From Marsupella aquatica (Eukaryota; Plantae; Marchantiophyta), in assembly GCA_973895155.1 (NCBI GenBank), contig OZ316896.1, positions 7,573,278 to 7,637,277 on the forward strand: 64,000 nucleotides of DNA. Direction: 5' to 3'. Made by a program: the position numbers and the translations under genes. The notes beneath the pieces were generated by a model, which was not told the DNA's origin, ran no database searches, and worked only from the letters and a program-made list of their open reading frames with translations. Shown here piece by piece: positions 51,401-63,189 of the stretch. Positions within the stretch are counted from its first letter, which is position 1. Every line of letters starts with the position of its first letter.

Positions 51401-51568
51401 CATAATGTTGTAATGTCTGTCCCAATGTATGCGGCAAAGATAGACCGTCAGGTAATGATCTACTCTTAACTATATCGCATTTTGAGTTATAACTCGTTTA
51501 ACTTGGAGTTGCCAACTGATACTTGGGATTGCTTTCCGCAGATGTTTACCCTCAGGCTGGACATATTT
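48475..51568 (+). pseudogene. Gene B, 5' part: ParB/Srx-like N-terminus and first half of MTase-like fold
   Basis: RIPLCRL..V..LQ..IEKLKDSFRSMGY..MFSVFDGNHRLYSW (ParB GxHR motif). Introns 49095-49231, ~50564-50735 and 51452-51541. VDAGFIYLPTG..WN..FFKYMDPFLSDDGFLAILH corresponds to the motif IV-VI region. Frameshift at about 50320 and TGA at 50912. Confidence 0.82.
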
Positions 51569-52317
51569 CATTGGTACATTTTAGGCATTTTTCCGATACT
51601 AAAAACACGCGTTTCTCAACGCGCCCGATACTAAACACAACGGAAAACTTCCGATACTCCCAGCTACGGAACTTCCGATACTACCCAAATCGAACATTAT
51701 TATCCGATATGTTTTGTATCAAAAACTTTATCCAATACCCATCATATCGGACAATGTCCGAAACATCCTGTATCGCAAATTGAGAGCCGACATGTTTTTC
51801 AGATGTCCGATAATAATAGTATCGAAAGCTAATTCCGATAGGTTTGGTTTCAGACATTTACCGATACAAAATGTATCGGACATATGTTTGCGATACTATT
51901 TACAACGGAAATCATTTGCAAAGGCTGAGGGATCGGTTACTATCTGTTGAAATTTCTATCGGACCCCTCCTCGGCTGCGGGCTTAAGCGTCCGATCTGTG
52001 GAGTATCGGATAGTGGCTTCCGATTTTTATAGTATCGGAAAATCCGATACTTTGAGGATGGGAAGGGGTTTTTTGCTTTGGCAGTACTGATGTGTGTCCG
52101 ATATGTTTCCGATGGTATTTGAATGGGACATATGGGACTTTAGTGTTTTACAATGTATAGGTTGCATGGAATTAATGGATTCAGATATGGGGCATACTTT
52201 AAGCAATAGATATGTATACTGCATGAAATTGTGGACAATTAGAAAAATCATAGAATGCCGATAAAAAGATAGTGCCGGTAAAAATATACATGAAGATGGT
52301 GGGGTCTACAATTTATA

Positions 52318-55300
52318 CTAACTCGTGGGGGGTATGTCTCTATCTTCCACTACAACTACGTTGGGTCTCTCTTGGACTATGGACCGTGATCTGGGAATAT
52401 ACGGCATGACAATGGACCACTCGGGGTCATTGGGATAGGGTAGGTAAAAGCATTGCTCAAGGTGATGTGGGAAGGCAAAGGGATCTGAGGACCTCCAGTT
52501 GGAACTGATGACACTATTTGCGGATGTCTTCAAACGAGTAAAACCGCATGCATCATCTTCACAAGTACGATTGTGGCCTACAAGATTCATCTTGAACCAT
52601 TTGCACTTGAATACCACTTCCTCCAAAGTAGTATGTGCATGGTACTTCACTGTTAGGATCTCCTCAATCTTCCCATAATGGGCCACGGTGGAGCGAATGG
52701 GATTCATGTCTGACATGCTACTCTGGGAATCTTGGGTGAACCAACCCATCACCCCACAATCCTGTGTAGCTGCCCTCTTCTCATCAAGTCGTTCCACACG
52801 AAAATGTCTCCCCTTTGACCACATGGCAGTCCGAGTCGTGACTATAAGTAGTGGACCATGAATCAAGGTACGAAGTTTATCTGTCACGTTTGGGTAGTGT
52901 AATACACTCTCCCCGGTACCCACCAGGGCATCCACTTCTAACAACTTCTCCTTCATGTATGGGTGAAACTTGGGAAATAACCGTGGGCGTCGACTGTTTT
53001 GCTTCTCCTCCTCATAAAATGTTGTCCACTCCCCGACAACCTCGGGTGAGTTATACAACATAAATGTTGTGAGCTGTAAACGCTCTGCTGAGCCTATGAG
53101 ACGCTCTCCAGATGCCCCAGTGAGTCTATCATCCTCGTAGTCAGCCTCTCGTGCCGCCTCATCTATCCATCCCCTAGGAGCACTAGGATCTAGTGTGGCA
53201 ACTATGTTTGTACAGTAAAACATACTCTCTGCTCCAAGATGACGCTCCGCAATGCTACCTTCCACCCTAGCGCGATTAAAGACATATGACTTCATCACCC
53301 CCATATAACGCTCTACCCAATACATCCATCGACAATGTACTGGGCCTGCAATTGCAACCTCGCACACTAAATGTATGAGGAAATGAACCTGACCATCAAA
53401 GAATGAGGGAGGGAGTGCCTTCTCCAACTTGCAGACAACCTCTACTCCAAATATCTCCATGGCAGCAATGTCATCCTCCTGTACCTCCTTTTGACATACC
53501 CATCTTAAGAGCTTACCCAATGACCAAAGGGCATCACGAAGTTCCTCACTACCCAATCCAATAATAGCAACTGGAAGAACATGTTCAAGCAACCGATGAT
53601 AATCATGTGTCTTCAAGAAAGATGGCCATTTTGGAGAATCCTCCCCCCCAAATGCCTTCCTAAGATTGGTACCATAACCTGTGGGAAACCTCATCAACCC
53701 AATACGTCTGCGAAACTCAATGCGCTCTGCCCTTGTCAAAACCCAAGGAGGATGGATGCTAGGGGGAGCACCAGGGGGGTCCAAAGATGGCCAAAAACCC
53801 AAAAGACCATGCATCCCCATCTCCTCACAACTTTCTCTCCAATTGTTATTTTTCTCCCCATATAGATGGCGAATCAATGATTTTCCCACATTCCCCTCAA
53901 TGTGCATAGGGTCTAACAAGTGATTAATGGGCATATCTGACCAATATGGCAATTGTGACAATGCAGACAAACGGGTCATGCCACATCTGAATAATGGTAA
54001 TGGATCACTCGGATCCTGAACTCTCCCCCATACCTCTCTCCAATATGTTGGATCCTTCCGCTAAGGTTGAGGACGAATATCAGGTTGGCCCTCATCAGTA
54101 TCATAAAGGAATGGATCACTCCTCCAAGGATGGTCTGGTGGAAGATATTTAGTATGACCAATGTAAACAATTTTTTGCAGAGTACTTGACTTGGGCCTGG
54201 CCACCCCCTCCAAATCGGGTCCACATGTAGAGCAAGCTCGATAGCCTGATGTTTGCAATCCAGAAACATATCCAAACCCTGCCCAGTGCATAGAAAACAC
54301 ATTAATAAAATAAGGTTCATCAAGGCAAAAATCTGCATAATTGCAATTAAATACAAGGTTTAGGTACTAGAGGAAATAAGGGTTTACCATACCTGGTAAA
54401 TCATGCATGGTCCACATAAGGATGGCCTTTAGAGTAAATACGCGGGATAAACCTCTTGTGTTGTGACGTCCATCATAACAATCCACTCCTCTCCACAGTT
54501 GTATCAACTCATCAATCAATGGCTGCAAGTACACATCAATCTTTTTAACTTGCTTAGGACCCGGAATAATCATGGAGAGTAGTAGTTGACCTTTCTTCAT
54601 GGCCATCCAAGGAGGGATGTTGTAGTTTGTCAACACTACTGGCCACACCAAATATGGTTTGGCTTTTCCTGTCAATGCAAAAGGGCTGATACCGTCTGCT
54701 GCCAAGCCTAGTCAAACATGTCGTGGGTCAATTTTGAACTCTCCCCATCTATCCTCTACAAATCAATTGGCAGGAGAGTCAACCATCATCCGCATGGCAC
54801 TAGAGGGTACAGCCATATCAGAACGATTTTGTGAGTGCCATACCATCATCTCAGCCAACTCTACACATCGGAATTGATGTCGCAATCGAGGGATAAGAGG
54901 AAAGTACCTCATAACTTTTTGCGGTACCTTCCCCGTCAACATGTCATCACGGTACCGTGGCTTCTGACATTTAGGACATGTAGTGGCATTTTCATGCTCA
55001 CCCCTAAAAAGAATGCAATCATCCACACATGCATGTATCACCTCATACTTCAGGCCAATGGACCTCAACACCTGTTTAGCCTCTTTCCAAGAGGCTGGCA
55101 ATGCATTGCCTACTGGCAAAATATGATCATGCAAGGTACGGAAAACATCATCCAAAAGTAGATTGCTTGCCCCATGTCTTTGCTGCAAGTTGAGCAATAA
55201 CATTATTGATGAGAGCCGAGATAACCTACTCCCCTCGAATATGCGAGTACGGGCATGACGTTGCGCCTCCTCCCATTGCTTGTCTTGGGACCCCCTAGAA

Positions 55301-55560
55301 AGATGTGGATGACTAGTCCTTTCATGGGTTGAACCAATGTCCTCCAAACCAATGTCATCGTGATCATCATAGAATTGGTCCATGAGCTCATCCATGGCCC
55401 TCTCCTCATCAAGATGGTCTTGGATAGGATCATCACCATCATGTCGTACCCCATCCTCTTGCCTTTGTGGTTCATGCCCACGGTTGGCCACCATGGCCTC
55501 AACAAGGTGTTGTCGCATAGCTCATGATATTACCCCAATATCAGGCGTTACATATTGATT
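52318..55560 (-). pseudogene. CACTA TnpD/Tnp2 transposase pseudogene
   Basis: IHACVDDCILFRG, MRYFPLIPRL, LGLAADGISPF, YNIPPW, WTMHDLPG, DPMHIEGN, LKTHDYH, WMYWVER, DPFAFPHHLEQCFY. Stops at 55522, 54763 and about 54712. Confidence 0.93.
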
Positions 55561-55682
55561 CTATCATACAACATCAATTAATTAATCTCATCAACACATG
55601 CACTGTTGAACAACATCATTCTCATGTAAACATGTAAAATAAACTGACATATATATATAAAATATGTAAGTCCAAGAAACTA

Positions 55683-57010
55683 TCATGGACGACAACGCAA
55701 GGACAATTTTGGTGCATCCCACTCATACTCACACAATAACTCCTCACCAGCTCTAATGGTCCTAACAGCTACTGTCATGATATGGTCGTCCATATGTTTC
55801 ACAAAATATGGATGTCTAGGTGGACCAAACATTTGAATCCACTCTACATTAGCCTCCAAACCTCTATCTCTACCTGTGGTACTATTGATGTACCCTGCTA
55901 AATTACCGTTCCGAATAGGGTCACCATCAATCATCCAGCAATGCCACGGCCTAGTGAAGACCTCATCCGGGTCTGAGTCCATCCTCAATGTATACACCCC
56001 CCAACTTGGGTGTTGACGCAACAAAATATTCCAACTCTTGGAGTTATATACAGCCCCAATGTAAGGAAAGAGGTGCTCTCCATCATAACCACGTCTCCAT
56101 GGCTTTGGAGGGACCACAATATCCTCCAAAGCAAAAAGACCATATCCTATATCAGGACCAATAGAGGATGCCTTCACTATCCAAGGGCGACCCCATATTT
56201 GAACTGGTTCATCTGTAGGAATAAAATCTGGAAATTTGAAGAGACTTGGAGAAAAGTCCTTCAAAACTTCGGCAGCCCTACCAGTGAGATAGGATAGTCC
56301 AAACCTGCCCTCAACGCAAATATAATCTACGTTACCGGCTGGTCGATCACTAGTACCTAACACCTCCTCTCGTTTGTCTACCTGGTCCAGTGGTCCATAC
56401 TGCCGTCTACGTCTACCAGATCGTGGTCGTGTACGTAGGACCCTAGTAGTCACAACCTCGGGCTGAGAGACCGGTTCCCCCTCTACATGTTCATGTGTGG
56501 GCACGGGAGTGGGGATAGGAGCAGGTGGGCTAAGAGGCATCTGGGCAGGAGGAACTGCAAGCAACTCCCTGGCCCTTGCTAGAAACCCTTCCAACCACAC
56601 AGCTTCAGGAACCAAAGGAGGTGGGGGCCTATGAGGCACCTATTTCAACACACGTACAATGGTTTTACACAAATCAATAAATTAAGTAGTGCCAGGATGT
56701 AAATGAAAGATAATTAAGCAATACCCTAAATTGGAATGCATACATGGAATGAATAGGGGACATAAACATATCTGTACCTGGCTAGGCAAATACCCTGGCA
56801 TATCACCCTCGTGGCGGCCATAGTTCTCGATGTGCTCACAAGTCTCCCACGCATGTCGAACCACAAGTCCCTTACATCTCACACACCAGCAAGGTATGGG
56901 TCCTAGTGGAGCACGAGGACGATCTGGAGGAGGGGGTGGAGGAACCTCCCCCTCAGACGAGCTTGTGTCTGAGTCTGAATCTGACGTGGAACTATCAGAA
57001 GTAGACATCT
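55683..57010 (-). CDS. Transposase-associated Zn domain fused by splicing to a SET domain
   Basis: Exon ending 56778 (IPCWCVRC..HIENYGRH) joins in phase 0 to the exon starting 56639. SET motifs: VKASSI..GYGLFALEDI, FPYIG, IDG..GNLAGYINS, ANVE, VAVRTIRAGEELLCEY. Confidence 0.85.
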
Positions 57011-57326
57011 GCATGCATGAAGTACACTCTGAATTCATGTAAGCTGCATAAAAGAAGACAAGTGTTGGAGTATCAAAATAGAATTAATTAATGCATGAGA
57101 TACAAAAGTCCTGTTGTACCTCAATGATACCCGCGCTTTGCCAGCCTACTGTGTCGTATTTTCTACACACAAGGTGTGGGACATCCAAAATCTCTGCATA
57201 TATGGGTGAGCATTTTGCTAATGAGCATACTAATCTGTAAGTGCGAAAGAGTGTAGGAAGAACACACCACATATAAAAAAATTCCAACATACAAATTAAG
57301 TGTAAATGACGCGGCTCGTGAAGCGG

Positions 57327-58027
57327 GGACATCATACCTCCTGGATGCGCGGTCTCACACTATGCATAGTGCATTGTCCAAAACAAAACCTATCTACCCC
57401 CTCACAAACATTGAACCACCCCTCCAAACGCAAGGTACTATGCATCAAATCCAACAAAACCATTAGCCTAGCTAATATATGGAGGTTGAACCTTATCCTA
57501 AGAAAAGGTGTAACCTTATCCTAGTAAAACCCCATAACCCTAAGCCCATAAACCCCTCCAAAGAAATGATCCAAATAGCTTTCACCAAGAAATGGTTCGT
57601 ACAAAAACTTCTTGTAGTATTTTGTCTATCATATATCATAGTATTGAGTTCCCATCACCACAACCATCCCTAAATTTGCAAGGAACTTGCAAGAGGACAT
57701 CATACCTCCTGGATGCACAGTTTCATGCATAGTGCATTGTCCAAAATCGAAACCTCCCTACCCCCTCAAAAAAAGTTAACCACCCCTCCAAAAGCAAGGT
57801 ACTACACATCAAATCCAAACACAAAGATTAGCCTAATGAAGGGGTTTAATATTATCCTAACAAAAGGTAGAATGTTATACTAATAGAACCTCTACGTACA
57901 CCCATAATCCCCTATAAAGAAATGAAACAAAAGGCTTTCACCCGAAAATGGTTCATACAAAAACTTCTTGTAGTATTTTCTTGATCCTATATTACATATC
58001 ATAGTATTGAGTTCCCATCACCACAAC
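57327..58027. repeat. Imperfect ~370-bp direct duplication
   Basis: GGACATCATACCTCCTGGATGC...GTATTGAGTTCCCATCACCACAAC occurs from about 57327 and about 57694. Confidence 0.88.
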
Positions 58028-58575
58028 GTAACCACCCCTAAAACACCAAGACTCTATACACAATTGCATCATTAATTAGAGCCCAATATATTAAGCATGC
58101 AAGACCATAGCTTATCAAAAAATTATGAAGTCCGGTACAAACCCCAAAATTTTTTCTCCGCAACAAAGAAACTTGCAAGAGGTCCCTCTACATGCATGAC
58201 ACGTTCACTGTCCCGTTCACATATGTAGAGCCCTACAAAACGCGGATTCAAATATGAAAGCAAATAATAACTCCAACCATGTGCCCTTACCCCATACAAA
58301 ACCTAAATATCCTAACTTATACTCTAAACCCTCCAATCCCATACCCAACCCAAATTCAAAACATTATATTGGACCCCCTTTGGGAAAGCCAAGAGGTATC
58401 CGATATAACTTCATGAGGGGTCCGATGCAATAGGAAACGGGCCACACTTGGTAAATACACGGCCACAAGAAAAGGACGAGGGGTCCGAAGCAGATAGTTT
58501 CGGAAAGTCCAATTGCGTGTCTTATACCTTTGGTTTCGCAAAGTCTGAAACAGAAAGAATCGGAAGCAGCAGGTT

Positions 58576-61040
58576 TTGTTTCGGAAAAAAGAACCGATGC
58601 AGGTGCGAAGACCCGCGCGTCGGGCCCCATTTCACACTTGGTGTTTTTCAAATTTTTTGAAGCTGGATCAAGGAGGAGAGCTTGAAGGAGGAGGAGAGAT
58701 GGAGGGGGGCGGGGGATCAGGTGGTGGGGGAGACGAAGGGGGATCAGGTGGTGGTGGAGAGCAAGGGGGACCGTCCCAGCCATACAATGAAGTTATGAGG
58801 GACATTTTTGTGGCCAAGGCAGGGCTGAGTGTGGAGGACGCAGAGAGAGTAGTCCCACTCCTCCAAATGCTGATTGATGCCTCTCGGCGTGAGGCAGAGA
58901 AGACTGCTGCTTCAAGCATTGCAAGTGAGAAGGAGGCAAAGAAGAGGAAGAAAGAGGCAAAGAGAGGCAAGGGGGATGCAGAGGAGACACTGTCTCCAAG
59001 AAAACGAGAGAAAAAGCTTCGAAACGAAGCTAGGGCAATTGAGAAGGTGCGATTGGAGGAGCAGAGGCGAAAGGAGGCAGAGAGAGCTCTCAGGCCTGAG
59101 CTAGCTCTCAATTCGGGTGGTGGTCCATTGCCTAAGAGCTACCATCTATTCCGAAGCCAATTCAAGCAGGTGCTGAGGGCCAATTTGGGGCCACTGGATT
59201 ACTGGGGCAAGAAGAAGGAGGAAGAGAGATTGAGAATCAGAGAGCAGGTGAAGGAACGGTTCAGGAACGAGGCCTACATTGATGACAGGTTCCTAAACAA
59301 ATGAATTTCAGCATCACTCTCAGACATGCGCAATCATCAGCGAGAGAAATTCAGAAAGTACCTTGGAGATATGGCAGTGGATGCAGAGGTGATCAGGGAG
59401 GAGGGTTGTCCAGACGATGTTTCCCCGGATGAGTGGGCGGCTTGGCTTGAGGAGGAACTCTCAGTCCGTGCCTGGCTGAAAAGAAGACATTGGGACAACA
59501 AAATTAGGCTGGCAGAGGAGAAGCGAAAGGCTGGGGAGAATGTTGATATCCTCCCCCTTCAACAGAACCTGCAACAATGAGCAGCTCAGGCAGCAAGACT
59601 CCCCAAACCACCAAGGCACATCATAGCAGCATTGGAGAGAGTGCAGGGGAGGCCAACCATCACTCATCGGATGGGGCAAGGCGGCTCCAATCGATTGAAG
59701 GCTGAGTTTGTAAGTGCCCTCCCTCTCCTCCCCACCTCGACTCCCTGATCACCTGACTCCTCGCACGAAGAATGAGTTGTTTGTGCCTTATGTCTTTTGT
59801 TTAAACCCTTTGCAAAACTCATTTTTGCTCTCAGGCTTGTTCTTTCCGATACTCATCCGATAGGTTTTGCATCGGAAGCAACATCGGACACCGTGTCATG
59901 CCATTTTTCTTGTTACGCATCCGATAGACGTCCGATGCAGGATGTATCGGACTTTGCATCGGACCCCTCGGCATAACATTTTGAATGAACGTACTTAACG
60001 TTAATTTTTTACTAGGGTAGAGTATAAGTTAGGGTGAACTATGGTTTAAGGTTACATTAGGGCTATGTAGGGTGGCTTGGTTTAGGGTAGGGCACGCTAA
60101 TACTAGATTTGATATTAACCTGGCCTCTATGGTTTGGATCTTTAAATTTCAGGAGTGGGAGTATGGTCGCCCTATTGCGCCGTTGGAGAGGAATTTGGCA
60201 AAGGATGGACCCCGCGCTCTAAAGCGCCACCTTGAGGATGAGTTGGGAGAGGTAAGTGTTCACCCTAGGTTGATATAATGTTTAAGGTTGTCATGAATTT
60301 GTTAGAGTTATGGTCGGGACCATTCATTCTAACTGCAATTAAACCCTATTGCACAGGATGAGGAGGGGTCTGGGTTAGAGGAGTTGGACTCAGATTCTGA
60401 GCAGGATGCTGAGGCAGGGTTGGGGAGGGTGCCCACAGTCACCCCTACTCCTCAGGTCCGAGGTATTGTTGCCCCATCTGGTGCCGTTGCCCCATCAGCA
60501 GGGAGGGGTGGGTCACATGCTGCTGATGGTGTGGGCTCCCATCGCTCTGGAGCATCACGGGGTGCGGGGCCCAGGCACTCAGGGGGTAGTAGAGGTGATG
60601 GCATGGGACAAGGCGATCACGTAGGAGTATCTGGTGCAGGTGGCCCTTCCCGACGAGGTAGTGGCGACGTGCCGGATGGTGGATCTAGAGGGCGCGCACC
60701 ATCTCGTGAGTCTGGTGGGAGTACAGCACGACATGGGCCACCCACAGGATCTGTCGGCGCACCATCCCATCACTCTAGCAGGTCTGCGGGAGGAGCTGAG
60801 GCATCCTTTCACTCTGTTGTGTCGGGGGTTGGTGGGACATCTACCTTGCCTGACCACCCTAGCGGTGCATCTAGTGGGTCAGGGTCTAGGCCTGCATCAG
60901 GCCAACCCATGCCATCTAGTGAGCAGGTGGCTGCCACGGTTGTGGGCAGCCAGAGGGAGGAGGGCTCTCATGATGCTAGACCTGTACCACCCCTTTGTTC
61001 TCGCCCAAAGAAGAAGAAGGGACGCAACACACCTTTTTAG
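58576..61040 (+). pseudogene. TnpA/Ptta-like gene of CACTA-3, multi-exon, divergent from TnpD
   Basis: W.KK.EEER..I.EQVKERF, CPDDVSPDEWAAW and THRMGQGG (compare SHFGRGG at about 23430). TGA stops at 59302 and 59578. Gly/Ser-rich last exon. Confidence 0.65.
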
Positions 61041-61893
61041 AGGTTAGTTGCATTTAGGTGGCCGGGTATCTAGTGCTAGACAGCTTTGATTAGACACTCA
61101 CTAGGAGGTACCTTGTATATAGCTCAGTGTAGTCTCTAGTCAAAGCTCTCTTTACATCTTCTATCGTGCCATCACGACCAGGATGGGTCTACCCAGTAGG
61201 CCTAATCCATTTTGTACATATTAGGGTGATACCCTTTTTGAATATGATATTTTGACCTCGTGTTTATAGCATTATCTTTGGTTCCTAATTGGTGTATGTC
61301 ACCTTCAACCCTAAACCAATACCCAAACCCCCAAAAAACCACCCATGAAACCCTGTATTCCACCCCCAGAACATTTGATAATCCGTTGCAAGTCCGTTAC
61401 CATCCGTATCGGTAATATAGCAGTGTCCGATGCTGCTGCCTTCAAACTTTCCCATCCCCAACGCATCGGACCCCTCCTTGAGGGTTCCCATCTTAAACAT
61501 ATCGGATAGTCCGATACAAAAACTAACGCACTTTCCGTTATTATAAATAATGCAATGTCCGATAAAAATTACTTTGCAAATTGCCATATCAAATATATCG
61601 GACATCCCGATGTAAATAGTATCGGACATAGGAAATCGTCGTGTGCCATCGCGTGTTAATTATCCGATTCATTTTACATCGGACATAAAATATCCATAAC
61701 ACATTACGATGGAACATCCGTTGTCCAAAATATTGGAAAGTCCGATGGAAGTCCGATGGTCGATATGCGATGGTTTACGCATCGCAAAGTGCGTTGGGAA
61801 TAGCATCGGATGATAGAAATTTTTGCGTCAATTTTCCTCAAGGGATCCGATGTAAATCCTATCGAATAAAGGCCCAAAAATGTACTAGTGTTT

Positions 61894-62851
61894 GGTCAAA
61901 TTAATGGGAAATTTAAAATTCCCAAAGACCCTAAATTCCATCCACTCTCCATCAGTGAGGACCCCTCGGTCACCAATTTGATCGGACTCCCTTCTCTCAA
62001 ATCCGATCCATTCCTGCAAATGGAGTTTTCTGGAAATGCTCGCCTGTCTGTCGAGTTTATGCAATTTGTCATCGAGCTTGTCACTCGACCTCGTGATATT
62101 TTTATGGATTGGACCGCTGGGGATGGAAGCTCCTTCATTGCTAGAGACTTCTCCGGGAGGTTTGTGCTTGGGATAGAACATAGAAAATTTATTGAAACCG
62201 CTTTGAAGGTTTTTCATGGATTTGTTGTCTCCCAACGAGATTGCGGTTTTACCTCCACCTGTTCCTACTGCCGACAGAAAGAAGCAAGATAAGCTTCAGT
62301 CAGTATTCAATTTTGACTCTGATGATGAGTCCAGTGAAGGTGGAGATGGCGAGGAACAAGGTACAGGGGACTCGGAGGAGGAAAAGGAAGAACCTTGTGG
62401 ATCTCCAGATGAAACCGATAGTGATGACTCTTCCGAGTAATGTTCATAACTCGTAAACTTCTTTCTCCATTCCTGTCAATTTATAACATTTCTGTGTTGT
62501 TTTGGAGAAGGCACCTAACCTACTGGATTTCGTTTCATCAGGTCAGAGTGGAATGCGAGGAGACATTTCAAACTGCGAAGGAGGGTTGCTAGACACAACA
62601 TAGAAACACCAGAAAAACCTTTTGTTCTTCCCTCCTATGCAGAGAAAGCCGCAAGGAAAGCCGAGAGTACCAGGATGCATTGCTGGGAAAATAAAGGTCT
62701 TCGGTTACAAAGGGGTGTTGACAGGAAGTTCATTAAACATCCTTATGTTGATGACTTCTCCCGCAGCCAGTACGTAGATGATGAGGTTGTGTCCATGGAC
62801 AAATCCGAGAGTACAGATTCTGGTTCTAAATCAGAATCTACAGAATCGTGA
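61894..62851 (+). pseudogene. Gene B, 3' part: N4/N6-MTase-like SAM-binding region and acidic tail
   Basis: RLSVEFMQFVIELVTRPRDIFMDWTAGDGSSFIA..SGRFVLGIE versus canonical KP..L...I...T.PGD.VLDPF.GSGTT..A...GR..IGIE. Final exon is collinear with 28600-28917. Confidence 0.82.
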
Positions 62852-63189
62852 CACGTATTGAGGAATTTAGGGAGAAATGTTTTACCAACGCCTAGCGCTA
62901 GTACCAACTTGTATTCGATTCCTCTCATTGGGTCCTTATAAATTAATGTCTCATTACTTGTGTTTTTTACAAGCGCCAGGCGCTCGCCAAATGGTGATTC
63001 ATAAAGCAAATATTTCCAGCTCTTATTTGTGTAACACGGCCGTTTGGTCTTTGTCGTGTCCTACCAACGGTCATCATAATGAGACAAATAGTAGGCAATA
63101 CATAGTATAATATACGTTTCGGATACCAACGGCCATTTCATTTAGGTCCGTTAGTTTGCCAAGGAAACCCACATGGACTGTATTTGGAT

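Larger units (their letters stand above)
51569..61890. mobile_element. Complete CACTA element 3 (10.3 kb) with TSD TTT
   Basis: Left TIR CATTGGTACATTTTAGGC; right TIR reverse complement CACTAGTACATTTTTGGGC. TTT at 51566-51568 and 61891-61893. Dense TCCGAT(A)/ATCGGA subterminal repeats. Removal restores MFTLRLDIF-GQINGKF in frame. Confidence 0.95.
26951..62985. promoter_or_regulatory. Dispersed 15-bp palindrome TAGCGCC-W-GGCGCTA (about 19 copies)
   Basis: Perfect copies at 27912, 28964, 47661, 47725 and 50683. Variants at 26951, 27799, 27851, 29409, 30128, 31821, 31962, 47851, 47998, 48060, 49151, 50590, 62886 and 62971. The motif is directly seen; the regulatory role is inferred. Confidence 0.8.

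Noticed and set aside
56348-56360. Internal CACTAGTAC as a further CACTA terminus
   Set aside because: Lies within the SET ORF and has no subterminal repeats or partner.
39556-62851. Bacterial contamination or prophage as the source of the ParB/MTase genes
   Set aside because: The genes have frame-preserving GT-AG introns and are interleaved with plant transposons, with TSDs at the junctions.
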